Assembly: GCF_006345805.1 (NCBI RefSeq)
Contig: NC_043001.1
Coordinates: forward strand, 133,920,001 to 133,984,000
Reading direction: 5' to 3'
DNA: 64,000 nt
Source: Octopus sinensis
Taxonomy: Eukaryota
Part shown: in pieces, positions 39,001-53,100 of the stretch
How the letters are laid out: every line of letters starts with the position of its first letter
Position numbering within the stretch: position 1 is the first letter of the stretch
Translations under genes and position numbers: made by a program
The notes under the pieces: model-generated
Told to the model about the DNA's origin: nothing
The model's database searches: none
Seen by the model: the letters and a program-made list of their open reading frames with translations, nothing else

Positions 39001-42000
39001 AATGGCAGTAAAATGTCCATCAAAAATCCCATCATACACTTCCTATCATAGAAAAAGAAAATGAATATGCTAAAAGAAATAAATGAGATGGTTATGGTTG
39101 GAATGCTTTTACACACAGATTTTTTTTTTTATCACAGCTGGCCCAGGATTAAATAATCACATTCATTCTATATCACAGACAGAACTTTTATCATCATGGT
39201 AGCCCCTTAAGTTTGAGTAAAATGGTTCTGCAATGTCTTACTGAACAACTTGCATAGATGATTTGTTTATAGTGATGAAGTGATCACTATAAACAATGTG
39301 CTATACATTAGCTCCCTCCCTCCATCAAATTGACATTGTTTGACTAGGAGATTCGAACTCATGATCCCTCGACCACGAGTCTGCTGTTCTAACCACTAGG
39401 CCATGCGCTTCCACCTCATTACCCCCTTACCACCATGGAAATAAATAGTACTAATCCATGATACCAGTAGTGATGTTAATGATATATTTAGTACAGGGAA
39501 TATTCATGACTTAATTAGAAGTAGTTCTGTAGTGAGGAAAAAATATCAATTAATGATTACTATCATTTTAAAGATTTTGGCAGTCACGGTTGACAACAAT
39601 AGTCATGTTTCAGATATTGAAATGATTGCACAGCAATGAAAGATAAAGTGTTTTGTTCAAGAACACAACACATTGCCTGGTCTGGGAGTCGAACCCATGA
39701 TCTCATGTTTGTGAGTGTAACACCCAAACCACAGACATTACTACTTACTATTTAAATCTCTTTTAATTCCTACATACAGACCTTACCCTTATATAACACA
39801 CTAGCAGTATCGCCCGGCGTTGCTCGGGTTTGTAAGGGAAATAACTATATAAGCATTTTTAGAGAGTTATAGCCAAAAAATAGCAAAAAAATGCATTCAA
39901 AATGGAAAAAAAATTATGGTAAATTTTTTTTTAAATCGTTGACTCATCGTAGACATTTTTAGAGAGTTACTTCCCTTATTTAATAGCGAAAAAATGCATT
40001 AAAATGGAAAAAAAATTATGGTAAATTTTTTTTTAAATCGTAGACACATCGTAGACGCACGCTAATACCCAGAAGGGCTCGATATGAATCACGACTATAA
40101 GATACCCGGTTTTGGTTAAACTGCATCGCAAAATGTGGGAGTAGTTAGGAATCTAAATCGTAGAAGACAGACACACAACTTGACTTTTATATATAAAGAT
40201 TTAAAACCTACAAAACCTTGTCATAAATAAGGCAGAATGTGTGTGTGATCAAAATGCATTCTACAACGGAGACATGATAACTTGATATTGTTAAGAAATG
40301 TCACAACATCACTATTGCATATGCTAGGTTTAATCCTTGGTATTATAACAGATGTACAGAATATCATGGCACAAAATATGGTAAATGGTTTATTAGGAAA
40401 TGTCACACTGTCTCAGACTTCAAAAACGAAATCTAATCCCCCTACCTCACTTTTTTTTTTTATATCATTATCTCAGAATATTATTTTCTAGTCTGGAATT
40501 AAAATTCTCTTAATACTTTACAGAACTGAAAAGTACCCCCCCCCCAAAAAAAAAATTATATACAGCTCTTCTAGTTGTTGCTTAACTCTAGGTCAGTTTT
40601 GATCCAGAAGAATTATGCTCAAGGGCGTTCCAACCATGACCATCCCACCCTTTATTCATAGTGCATCCAAAACTACATGATTTAATGTTTTCTTCATTGC
40701 TGTAGTTGTTATTCGGTCCTTGGTTAACACAGACCAAATAAATCCATGATCAAAGACATCATGCCATAACCATTTCATCTATTTTCTTTGTTCACACATA
40801 GTGTATCTAAGACTGCATTATCTAATGTGTCCCTCCATTTTTTTAAAGCTGATATAGATTGATTTAAGGGAGATTTAAATACTATTTCTAGCAAATCAAA
40901 TAACCACATGGAAATCCATTTATTATTTCATTTGGAAATAATGAAAATACAGAGAAAGAAATAGAGACGGTATGTAAATCAAAACTCACAATTAGTTGTT
41001 GTCGGGCTTGGTAGACACTTTCAATGGGTCCAGTTATGTAAACAGTTCCCTTTCGTAAAGGGTTTACATTATTGGGATCAGGAAAGTAGACACTGGCCCC
41101 TGTCCGTTGCATTATCTGTTTAATATTCACATCTCCACGACCAATCATGAATAAATGGTGCTGAGGAGCAATTTCCAACTGCATACTGACAGTTAAACTT
41201 ACCTAAAGGAGAAATATAGAGACATAATAGAACAATCATCATTATTATCATCAACACTGCTATCATCACCATCAACACCACCACCGCCACAATACTGTCA
41301 TAATCATCATCCCCTCCACTAGTACTGCCATTACCCTTTGTTTGTTCCTTCTCGAGCCATGCCTGGCTCATAAGGGCCGGTTTCCTGGTTTCCTAGGCAT
41401 GTAGGTTCCCCACCTGGATGGGACGCCGGTCCATTGCAGGTGAGCTGCAAGATGCAGGAGGAAAGAGTGAGAGAAAGTTGTGGCAAAAGAGTCAGCAGAA
41501 ATTCACCATTACCTTCTACCGGAGCCGCATGGAGCTTAGGTGTTTCACTCATGAACACACACATTGCCCGGTCTGAGATTTGAACCTGCCATCCCTCAAC
41601 CACAAGTTCGCTGCTCTAACCACTAGGCCATGTGCCTCCACCTCATTACCCTTACCACTATGGAAACAAATAGTACTAATCGATGATACCAGTAGTGATG
41701 TTAATGATATATTTAGTACAGGGAATATTCATAAGTTAATTAGAAGTAGTTCTGTAGTGAGGAAAAAATATCAATTAATGATTACTATCATTTTAAAGAT
41801 TTTGGCAGTCATAGTTGACAACAATAGTCATGTTTCAGGGTTATTCTGATTTCCTCAGTAAAACAGATTTCACTGTATGCGCTAAAAAGCAGTGATGGAA
41901 GAATCACTCAGATGGTACATTGGTAGGTGTAAGAATATAGATTCGTTTAGAGATGTTTAGGCACTGAACAATTTATGATTATTAAACATGACATTTTAAC

Positions 42001-45000
42001 CATCATGGTTATAGATCCAAAATAACATTAACCATCACAGCCACATTGCCGACATGATCTATTAACCATCACAGCCATACACCAAAAATGACATAACCAT
42101 TAAACTCACATCTTCAACATGATGCATTAACCATCATGGTCACACCTCCAACATGACATATTAACCATCATACTTAGCCCTTCTACATGATACATTAATC
42201 ATCAAAGTTAGACCTCCAAAATGACTTATTAACCATTAAAGTTAGACCTCCAACATGACTTATTAACCATCAAAGTTAGACCAACATGACTTATTAACCA
42301 TCAAAGTTAGACCTCCAACATGACTTATTAACCATTAAAGTTAGACCTCCAACATGACTTATTAACCATCAAAGTTAGAGCTCCAACATGACTTATTAAC
42401 CATTAAAGTTAGACCTCCAACATGACTTATTAACCATCAAAGTTAGACCTCCAACATGACATATTAACCATCATACTTAGCCCTCCTACATGACACATTA
42501 GCCATCAAAGTTAGACCTCCAACATGACTTATTAAACATTAAAGTTAGACCGCCAACATGACATATTAACCATCATACTTAGCCCTCCTACATGACACAG
42601 TAACCATCAAAGTTAGACGTCCAACATGACCTATTAACCATCATACTTAGCCCTCCCACATGACACACTAACCATCAAAGTTAGACGTCCAACATGACAT
42701 ATTAACCATCATACTTAGCCCTCCTACATGACACATTAGCCATCAAAGTTAGACGTCCAACATGACTTATTAAACATTAAAGTTAGACCGCCAACATGAC
42801 ATATTAACCATCATACTTAGCCCTCCCACATGACACAGTAACCATCAAAGTTAGACGTCCAACATGACATATTAACCATCATACTTAGCCCTCCTACATG
42901 ACACATTAGCCATCAAAGTTAGACGTCCAACATGACTTATTAACCATTAAAGTTAGACCTCCAACATGACTTATTAACCATCAAAGTTAGACCAACATGA
43001 CTTATTAACCATTAAAGTTAGACCTCCAACATGACTTATTAACCATCAAAGTTAGACCTCCAACATGACTTATTAACCATTAAAGTTAGACCTCCAACAT
43101 GACTTATTAACCATCAAAGTTAGAGCTCCAACATGACTTATTAACCATTAAAGTTAGACCTCCAACATGACTTATTAACCATCAAAGTTAGACCTCCAAC
43201 ATGACATATTAACCATCATACTTAGCCCTCCTACATGACACATTAGCCATCAAAGTTAGACGTCCAACATGACTTATTAAACATTAAAGTTAGACCGCCA
43301 ACATGACATATTAACCATCATACTTAGCCCTCCTACATGACACAGTAACCATCAAAGTTAGACGTCCAACATGACCTATTAACCATCATACTTAGCCCTC
43401 CCACATGACACACTAACCATCAAAGTTAGACGTCCAACATGACATATTAACCATCATACTTAGCCCTCCTACATGACACATTAGCCATCAAAGTTAGACG
43501 TCCAACATGACTTATTAAACATTAAAGTTAGACCGCCAACATGACATATTAACCATCATACTTAGCCCTCCTACATGACACAGTAACCATCAAAGTTAGA
43601 CCTCCAACATGACATATTAACCATCATACTTAGCCCTCCTACATGACATATTAACCATCATACCTGCTCCTTCAAGATGATACAAAAGCTATTATACTCA
43701 CACCTCCAACATTATTCAACAAATGTTCCATGAGACGAGCTGTCGCTTCTTTCACCATTTTGGCATTATAGACAGAACCCCGCACTGTTATGATGGTCAT
43801 ATATGACCGAGGCTTCTGCTTAAAGCTTATCGTTACATTGTAAACCTTCTGTAAATGCACCAGGTGAGAAGAGGCTGGGTCTGCTAATGAAGGTGATAAT
43901 GACATTTCAAATATGAATACCAGAGGGAGCAAGTCCTGCAATAAAAAAGGAAAATACACAAATACAGAGACTTAAGGTAAATTTAAGGCACAAGGCTTCA
44001 ACAAGTGAAGAGAGATAAACCCCATTATACCCCAGTATACCCAGGTACTTTATCTTATTGTCCCTGGTAGGATGAAAAACAAAATCAACTGTAGCAGGAC
44101 TTAAAATAAGATAGTAAGTAGCCGTAAATAAATATTAAAATGATAAACACATAGAAAACAATTTTTTAAATGTAAAAATGGTTTATTAAAATATTTCTTT
44201 CTCAACGGTAGTCTTCTATTCCAAGTGACATTCTCAGAATGATAATCTGGAGTCTCTAATGTTAGGTGAATTAATATGTTTAGTAAAATAATAACACTGC
44301 CCCAAAACACAATAGTTTGGGAGTTAAGAGCCAAAACAATGGTGCCCAATAAACAGAAACCTTTGATTTTTTTTATTTCTATTAAAAGATGGAGATGATA
44401 GATTATTTCTGTTCATTTAAATTATACATGACTTCATTCCTTTTAAAGACTACGGTGACATCTGCCCATATAAAAGTAACAGGTGACATTGATCCATATA
44501 AAGGTGACAGATGACATTTGTCCATATAAAGGTGACAGGTGACATTTGTCCATATAAAGGTGACAGGTGACATTTGTCCATATAAAGGTGACAGGTGACA
44601 TTTGTCCATATAAAGGTGACAGGTGACATTTGTCCATATAAAGGGGACAGGTGACATTCGTCCATATAAAGGGGACAGGTGACATTTGTCCATATAAAGG
44701 TGACAGGTGACATTTGTTCATATAAAGGGGACATGTGGGATCTGTCCATACAAAGGTGACAGGTGGCATCTGTCCATACAAAGGTGACAGGTGGCATCTG
44801 TCCATACAAAGGTCACAGGTGGTATCTGTCCATACAAAGGTATCATGTGTCTATATAAAAGTGACAGGTGACACATGGCAATTGTCCATATAAATTTATA
44901 GGCTAAACAGACCCATCTATCCAGTAAAAAATGAGGCCAAGGACTGAATCAATTAACCAGTTAACTCATGAAGAAAGACAAAAAGTTAATTACAGTTAAT

Positions 45001-47602
45001 TAATTATAGTAAGTTAATTACAGTAGACAATATCATGTAACATTACCCGAATTTGGATACGAGCACTTTCCACTCCAGATGGCTGGCCAGCAATAGAAAC
45101 CTGAAGGATAAATAATTAAAAAGTAATTAATGGAATAATATATTGTAATGAGTTTGCATTGAGGCAGGTGTATATGCTATGTGTGCATGTGAGTGTATAT
45201 GTGTGAATGTATAAAAATATATATATATATACACATACATACACACACGCACACAGACATACACACATATAGAGGGAGAAAGAAAAGGAATGAGAGGGAG
45301 AGATGGAACATGTGAGTAGATGTGAGAGAAATAGAGACAAGACATGTGTCAGTGTATGTAAGAATGGGTGTACAGAATTTCTTTGGAACTATTTGTCATT
45401 GGAAGTAATATTTGCCATGTAAATTCAAAGAACAAAGATTCCTTTCAAAGTTTCAAAATGAAAATAGAACGTTTGTGAGTCATAGTTAAAGAGTTCTTCT
45501 ACTGAAACCCCAAACTGACCAAAGCCTTTTGAGTGGATTTGGTAAGTGGAAACTGAAAGATACATATCATTCATATATATGTATAAGTACATGCGCATCT
45601 GTGTGTGTGTGTTACCGTCTCTTTACCTTGACACATACATATATATATATATACATATATACGACAGGCTTCTTTCAGTTTCCGTCTACCAAATCCACTC
45701 ACAAGGCATTGGTCGGCCCGGGGCTATAGCAGAAGACACTTGCCCAAGATGCCACGCAGTGGGATTGAACCCAGAACCATGTGGTTGGTTAGCAAGCTAC
45801 TTACCACACAGCCACTCCTGCGCCTAAAAACGTTTATAAATTTTATCAAACATTAAAGGTTGTAATGGAAAGTAAAAAAGAAAGATTCTACTGTTTTTGC
45901 AATGGTAACATTTCATGTTCAATCAACAATCGTTCATTCATTATCATAATAGTATGAGAAAGCAAAATACATTCAAGTCTGTCAGTATACAAGTCATCAT
46001 CATCATCGTTTAACGTCCATTCTCCATGCTAGCATGGGTTGAACAGTTTGACCGGGTCTGGGAAGCCAAGAGGCTGCGCCAGACTCCAGTCTGATCTGGC
46101 AGTGTTTCTACAGCTGGATGCCCTTCCTAACGCCAACCACTCTGTGAGTGTAGTGGGTGTTTTTTAAGTGCCACTGGCACAGGGGCCAGAGGAGGCTGGA
46201 AACAGCCACGATCGGTTGGTGGTTTTACGCGGTGAGCTGGCAGAAACGTTAGCACGCCGGGCGAAATGCTTAGCTGTGTTACGTCGTGAGTTCAAATTCC
46301 GCCGAGGTCGACTTTGCCTTTCATCCTTTCAAGGTCGATAAATTAAGTACCAGTTACGCACTGGGGTCGATGTAATCGACTTAATACCTATGTCTGTCCT
46401 TGTTTGTCCGCTCTGTGTTTAGCCCCTTGTGGGTAATAAAGAAATAGGTTTTACGTGTCACCAACATGGACGCCAGTCAGGCAGCGCTAGCATCTGCCAC
46501 GTTCTGATGGTGCTTTTTACGTGTCACTGGCACGGGTATCTTAACTACAATTTCCATTTGATTTTTATTTTGATGTTGGTGTTGACGTACTTCACTCAAT
46601 AGGTCTCCTCAAGAACAGCGGGTCACTCTACGATCCAAGGTTAGCACAGCAGGCCGTTCTGCGGCTGTCAAAAAACTTTCTGCAATTCAAGTGGCCCACA
46701 ATGTAATTCGAGTTGGCCAGGCAAGGCTAACTCATCAAGTGAAATCAAGGTAGAAATCAGAGTAGAATTGCAGTGAATAATCAGCTATTTCTAAACAAAT
46801 ATAAACTCTACATCATGTATTAAGTAATTTCTATCTTTCTGTAACCAAGAGTATATTATACACACACACACATATTTGTATAGATATACATATTTACATA
46901 TTCAATTCAAAGAGAGTTAGAGGCTGTGAATCCAACTAACTAAAGGATAGTATCTATCCAATATACTACTGGTAGAATACCTAGTTAATACACAGGAGTT
47001 GGTTATTGCATGGCAATTACACTACTGAGTATAATAACTAGGTGAGGGTAATAAGTGGTTTTGCCCTTCATTTATATGGCAAGAAGAAAACGGAGGGAAT
47101 CCAGGGGTAGTATTCATCAGCTTTTAGACATTATACTATGTCTATTTATTTATTTAAAACAGTTCACATAATATATATAAATACATGTGTATATATATAT
47201 ATATATGGCTCAGTGGTTAGAGCGTCGAGCTTACGATCGTGTGGTTGTGAGTTCGAATCCCGGACCGGGCTGCATGTTGTGTTCTTGAGCAAAGCACTTT
47301 ATTTCACGTTGCTCCAGTTCACTCAGCTGTAGAAATGAGTTGCGACGTCACTGGTGCCAAGCTGTATCGACCTTAGTCTTTCCCTTGGATAACACTGGTG
47401 GCATGGAGAGGGGAGGCTGGTATGCATGGGCGACTGCTGGTCTTCCATAAAAACAACCTTGCCCAGACTTGTGCCTCAGAGGGTAACTCTCTAGGTGCAA
47501 ACCCATGGTCACTCATGACCGAAGGGGGTCTTTACCCTTTTATATATATATATATATATATAGATAGATATATACATATATATTATACATATATATATAA
47601 TA

Positions 47603-47653
<51 letters not shown>

Positions 47654-47674
47654 GATAGATATATACATATATAT

Positions 47675-47708
<34 letters not shown>

Positions 47709-47781
47709 ATATATATACATATAGATAGATATATACATATATATTTATACATATAGATAGATATATACATATATATTATAC

Positions 47782-47835
<54 letters not shown>

Positions 47836-48419
47836 GATATATTTATATATATATATATATATACATATAGATATATTTATATATATATATACATATATAT
47901 ACATATAGATATATTTATACATATATACATATATATACATATAGATATATTTATATATATATACATATATATACATATAGATATATTTATATATATATAC
48001 ATATATATATTTATACATGTGTAAAGTACTAGTAATTTCTAGAAAATAGAGAAAGAAGAGCAGATTCTTACAGTTGTTTCTGTGAAGAGGTCACAGTACC
48101 TCATATGTTATTTGCATCTTTTCAGTGTACTATAGTGATCTGTAGATAAAATTTACTCACAGATCACTACAGTACACTGAAAAGGTGCTAATAACATGTG
48201 GGGTACTGTGACCTCTTCACAGAAACAGGGGTAAGAACCTGCTCTTCTTTCTCTATTTTCTAGAAATTACTAGTACTTTACACATGTATTTATATATATT
48301 ATGTGAACGGTTTTAAATAAATAAATAGACATAATATAATGTCTAAAAGCTGATGAATACTACCCCTGGATTCCCTCCATTATGTTCTTCCCATATATAT
48401 ATATACATATATACTTATA

Positions 48420-48470
<51 letters not shown>

Positions 48471-48710
48471 ACATATATATTTATACATATAAACATATAT
48501 ATTTATACATATAAACATATATATTTATACATATAAACATATATTTATACATATACACACAAATAAATTTATATATATACACATAAATAAATTTATATAT
48601 ATACACATAAATAAATTTATATATATATACACATATATATTTATACATATAAACATATATTTATACATATATACATATATATTTATACATATACACATAA
48701 ATAATTTTAT

Positions 48711-48754
<44 letters not shown>

Positions 48755-49775
48755 AGATATATTTAAATATGTATACAGATATATTTATATATACATATAT
48801 ATATATGTATGGAAAACGGACGTTAAATGATGATGATATATATATATATATATATATATAGTTAATCCAAACATGAAAACACAAAGAGAAAACACAACAA
48901 TGCGAGGACGTGGAACAAATATAGTATTATTGGACGCTCAGGAAAGAAGGGAAGAAGGAGGGTTTAATGTTTCGAGTGGAGCTCTTCGTCAGAAACATAG
49001 GAAAAGCAAAGATCCAGAGAAGGGAAGACAGAGGAAAAAAAATCGCCAACGGTACACACGCAGTCACATTTTATATATATCTATATATATGTATATATAT
49101 ATATATATGTATATATCTATATTTTTTTCTGTAGTTTCAGCTCAGAGTTGCGGCCATGCTGATGCACCACTCTTTTGCTACACTGTTATTACTGAGAGCC
49201 TCCTCCAATATGTGGCACTTAGTGAAGAATGGAGTTTGATATAGCTCCCCTCATTTGCAACTTTTGCCTTGATGTAGGTTCATCTGGGACTCTCGACGGG
49301 AAGAGGTCCAGCTTTAATTTTAAAATGCCTACATCTACTTTGTGGAAGTTCCTCAGGCTCTTTGGGAGAATATTCGAGCGAGGTCATTACCAGTGCCGCT
49401 GGACTGGCCCTTGTGCCAGTGGCACGTAAAAAGCACTCACTACACCCTTGGAGTGATTGGCATTAGGAAGGACATCCAGCTGTAGAAACTCTGCCAGATC
49501 AAGATTGGAGCCTGGTGCAGACCTCAGTCAAACCGTCCAACTCATGCCAGCATGGAAAGCGGATGTTAAACGATGATGATGATGATATATATTTACATAT
49601 ATATATATGTAGGAGTGGCTGTGCGGTAAGTAGCTTGCTTACCAACCACATGGTTCTGAATTCATTCCCACTGCATGGCACCTTGGGCAAGTGTCTTCTA
49701 CTATAGCCTCAGGCCGCCCAAAGCCTTGTGAGTGGATTTGGTAGACAGAAACTGAAAGAAGCCTGTTGTATATAT

Positions 49776-49806
<31 letters not shown>

Positions 49807-50096
49807 CGTGCATGTGTTTGTGTGCCTGTGTTTGTCCCCCTCCCCCAACATCGCTTGACAACCAATGCTGGGTATGTTTACGTCCCCGTAACTTAGCAGT
49901 TTGGCAAAAGAGACCGATAGAATAAGTACTAGGCATACAAAGAATAAGTCCCTTGTAAGTTGTTCGACTAAAGGCGGTGCTCCAGCATGGCCGAAAAGAA
50001 TAAAAGAATATATATTTATATATTTCTCCTGCACCCTCCTGTCTTAGAAAGAACTTTTTCTTCACCCATTCCCTTGCGGGAATGCATTTTTATCTG

Positions 50097-50169
<73 letters not shown>

Positions 50170-53100
50170 AGATAGATATATACATATATATTTATACATA
50201 TATATATATATATACATATAGATATATTTATATATATATATATTTATACATATATGTATATATACATAAATATATATATTCACATATACATGTACTTATA
50301 TAGATATATGTTTGTGTGTGTGTGTGTGTTTATTAAATATATGCATGTAAATCTAGACGCATTTGTTTTATAAACACATTGTGCATATTTATGTATGCGT
50401 TTGTGCATAAATGCTAAGAGTAACATCAAGTAAGGCAGATATGACTGCGGAGGTTTATTTTTGCTTAGCACAGCTAAAAATAGAAAGTTTTCACATCACC
50501 ATAGGTTGGTAAAAAAATATTTTTGTTGCCATAGAAACAGTAAACTTCAGTCAACAGTTGAATTTAGAAATATTATTAATAGCTTCATACAAGGCTATTT
50601 GGGAAATGATGGTACACAAACACATACACACACACACATCACACACAGTCACAACTACACACACGCACACAATCACACAATCTACAAGGCAGATCTTTCA
50701 TAGTCATCTGAAATTCATTAAGGACCTTACCTGTTGTGTAGACAGAAATTGTTGTGTAATATAGACAAGTCAGAAACAGCTGAGAGGATAAACTCGCCAA
50801 ATAAATTATTCTATCATTTTATTAAAGTAGTGTTAGTTCTCTTTGGGCCGACATATGTCAATGAATTACTTAACCAAATATTTGGAGAAATCCACAGGTC
50901 TATCACAGAATACACTGTGTTCACAGTTTAGTTCCAGACTATGCTGGAATGAATGGTAACCCACAGAGACCCATTATTGAAGATGCACCATATTTTCATG
51001 TAGTTTGCAGTTATGACAAAATGAGTGGAGAATCTAATTCACCCAACCTTTGGGTACATGTAGTGGGGACCACTCTGTTGTAAGCATATGAACTATACTC
51101 TTTTACTCTTTTACTTGTTTCAGCCATTTGACTGTGGCCATGCTGGAGCACCGCCTTTAGTCGAGCAAATCGACCCCGGGACTTATTCTTTGTAAGCCCA
51201 GTACTTATTCTATTGGTCTCTTTTGCCGAACCGCTAAGTTACGGGAACGTAAACACACCAGCATCGGTTGTCAAGCAATGCTAGGGGGACAAACACATAT
51301 ACATATATACGACAGGCTTCTTTCAGTTTCCGTCTACCAATCCACTCACAAGGCAACCATGTGGTTGGTTAGCAAGCTACTTACCACACAGCCACTCCTG
51401 CGCCTATGTCTCTAGTCTTAATAAAACTCAGTAGCTTGATATACAACACAGCTTCCTATAGTACCATACCTTACATAACGCCACTGTTTGTTAGAGGGTA
51501 CAGATGGAAGTGATGCTTCCATGAGGCTCACTATCAGATACAGCATATCTACCTATCAAGAACTTGGAAACACTGGACTTTGTAGTTCACCCAGATTAAT
51601 TTATCGAACTGAAATATGACTTACAAATAATCAGAAAATGGAGAGGCAAGAGGTATTCTACTAGCAATACATTGAATAAAAGTCATCCATGTTTTAACTC
51701 TTTGCCTGACCAAAGCATTTTCATAAATTTATCCTAAATATTCATATTTGTTTCCAGACTTTTAATTAGCCCTAGTTTCATATGCTCTGAGTAATAAAAA
51801 GCTTTCCTTTCATAAGTCCCAACTTACTCTTGTGGTTGGAAAAAATTGGGCTGTGTATCATATATGATGTATGGACACCAGGGAAATATGCCTTGTGTAT
51901 CCCGTGTGATACACAGGACAAGCAAAGGGTAAATATAACATCAGTGAACTACATAAAGTACAATATATCATCAAACACAGAACAGAGCTATAAATATTTA
52001 CAACTGTAACAAATATAGTAAAACAGAAAAAAAGTTTCCAAGTAAGTTAATTCTCTTTGGAACATTAATATAAAACAGTGCAATGGGAATGATAATCAAG
52101 TATGATCAAAGAGAATGTGAAGAATTAAAGACAACTCACCTGGTTGCTTTTTTCTTGGACATTGTTGCCACGATTAGAATCTGGGAAATGGATATGGCAG
52201 CCTGTTCCTTGCATGACTTTCTTGATGTTGTTACCACCTTTTCCAATGACATGCGAGTGGTCAGTGTGAGAGACATCCATTTTCAGTGTAACCCGATTAC
52301 CCTGGAGTGTGAAATGACAAACAATATAATTCAGTTACCCCTTCCGTTGAAATACACTACCTTTGTTTCAATTAATTTTTAAAATAATGAAAGATTTAAG
52401 TAAATAACTTTATTATAAAGTTGGTGTTTGGAACAAATTAACCTGAAATTTTGATGGAAGATTTTAATTTAGATCAATTTAAAATTGGAAGTTTGTGTCA
52501 AAGAACCAGAAGTGGTCTCAACAATTTCATATCAAAAGGTGAAATGGTGAAGGTACATGGCTTGGGCTCACAATCACGAGGTAATGAGTTCGATTCCTGG
52601 ACAGGGCTGTGTGGAGTGTTCTTGAGCAAGACACTTATTTTCATGTTGCTCCAGTTCACTCACCTGTAGAAATGAGTTGTGCCAAGCTGTATCGGCCTTT
52701 GCCTTTCCCTTGGATAACATTGGTGGCATTGAGACAGGAGACTAGTATGCATGGACGACTGTTGGTCTTCCATAAACAACCATGCCCAGACTTGTGCCTT
52801 GGAGGGGAACTTTCTAGGGGCAATCCCATGGTCATTCATGACCAAGGGGAGGGGGTCTAAACCCTAATGTGAAATGAAAAAAAAAGTTTCTTTTTTATGT
52901 GCTGGGTCAGGAGGAAGGGACAGTACCAATGGTCTTTTAAGGCCTTCCGAGACTAGCAAGATTGGTATCATTAATATTTCTCTTGAATTTTTGTAAACCA
53001 ACACCTACAAGAAAGCTATAAGCAAGGAGGAAATTACAGAGAGCTAATGTTGTAGAAAGGACAGACTAGGCAGAGTAATTAGTGTGCAGGGCCAGGAAAG

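Larger units (their letters stand above)
47073..48395. repeat. Long foldback (inverted repeat), left arm interrupted by a SINE and microsatellite
   Basis: About 48014-48144 pairs with 48160-48289; about 47073-47190 pairs with 48280-48395. Confidence 0.9.

Noticed and set aside
43703-43704. Alternative donor G|gtgtga two bases upstream of the chosen donor
   Set aside because: It would be phase 1 and break the frame with the phase 0 acceptor at 41202; gtgagt is the better consensus.
41985-44895. CRISPR-like appearance of the regular repeats
   Set aside because: Head-to-tail units without unique spacers, in a eukaryotic intron, with no cas genes.
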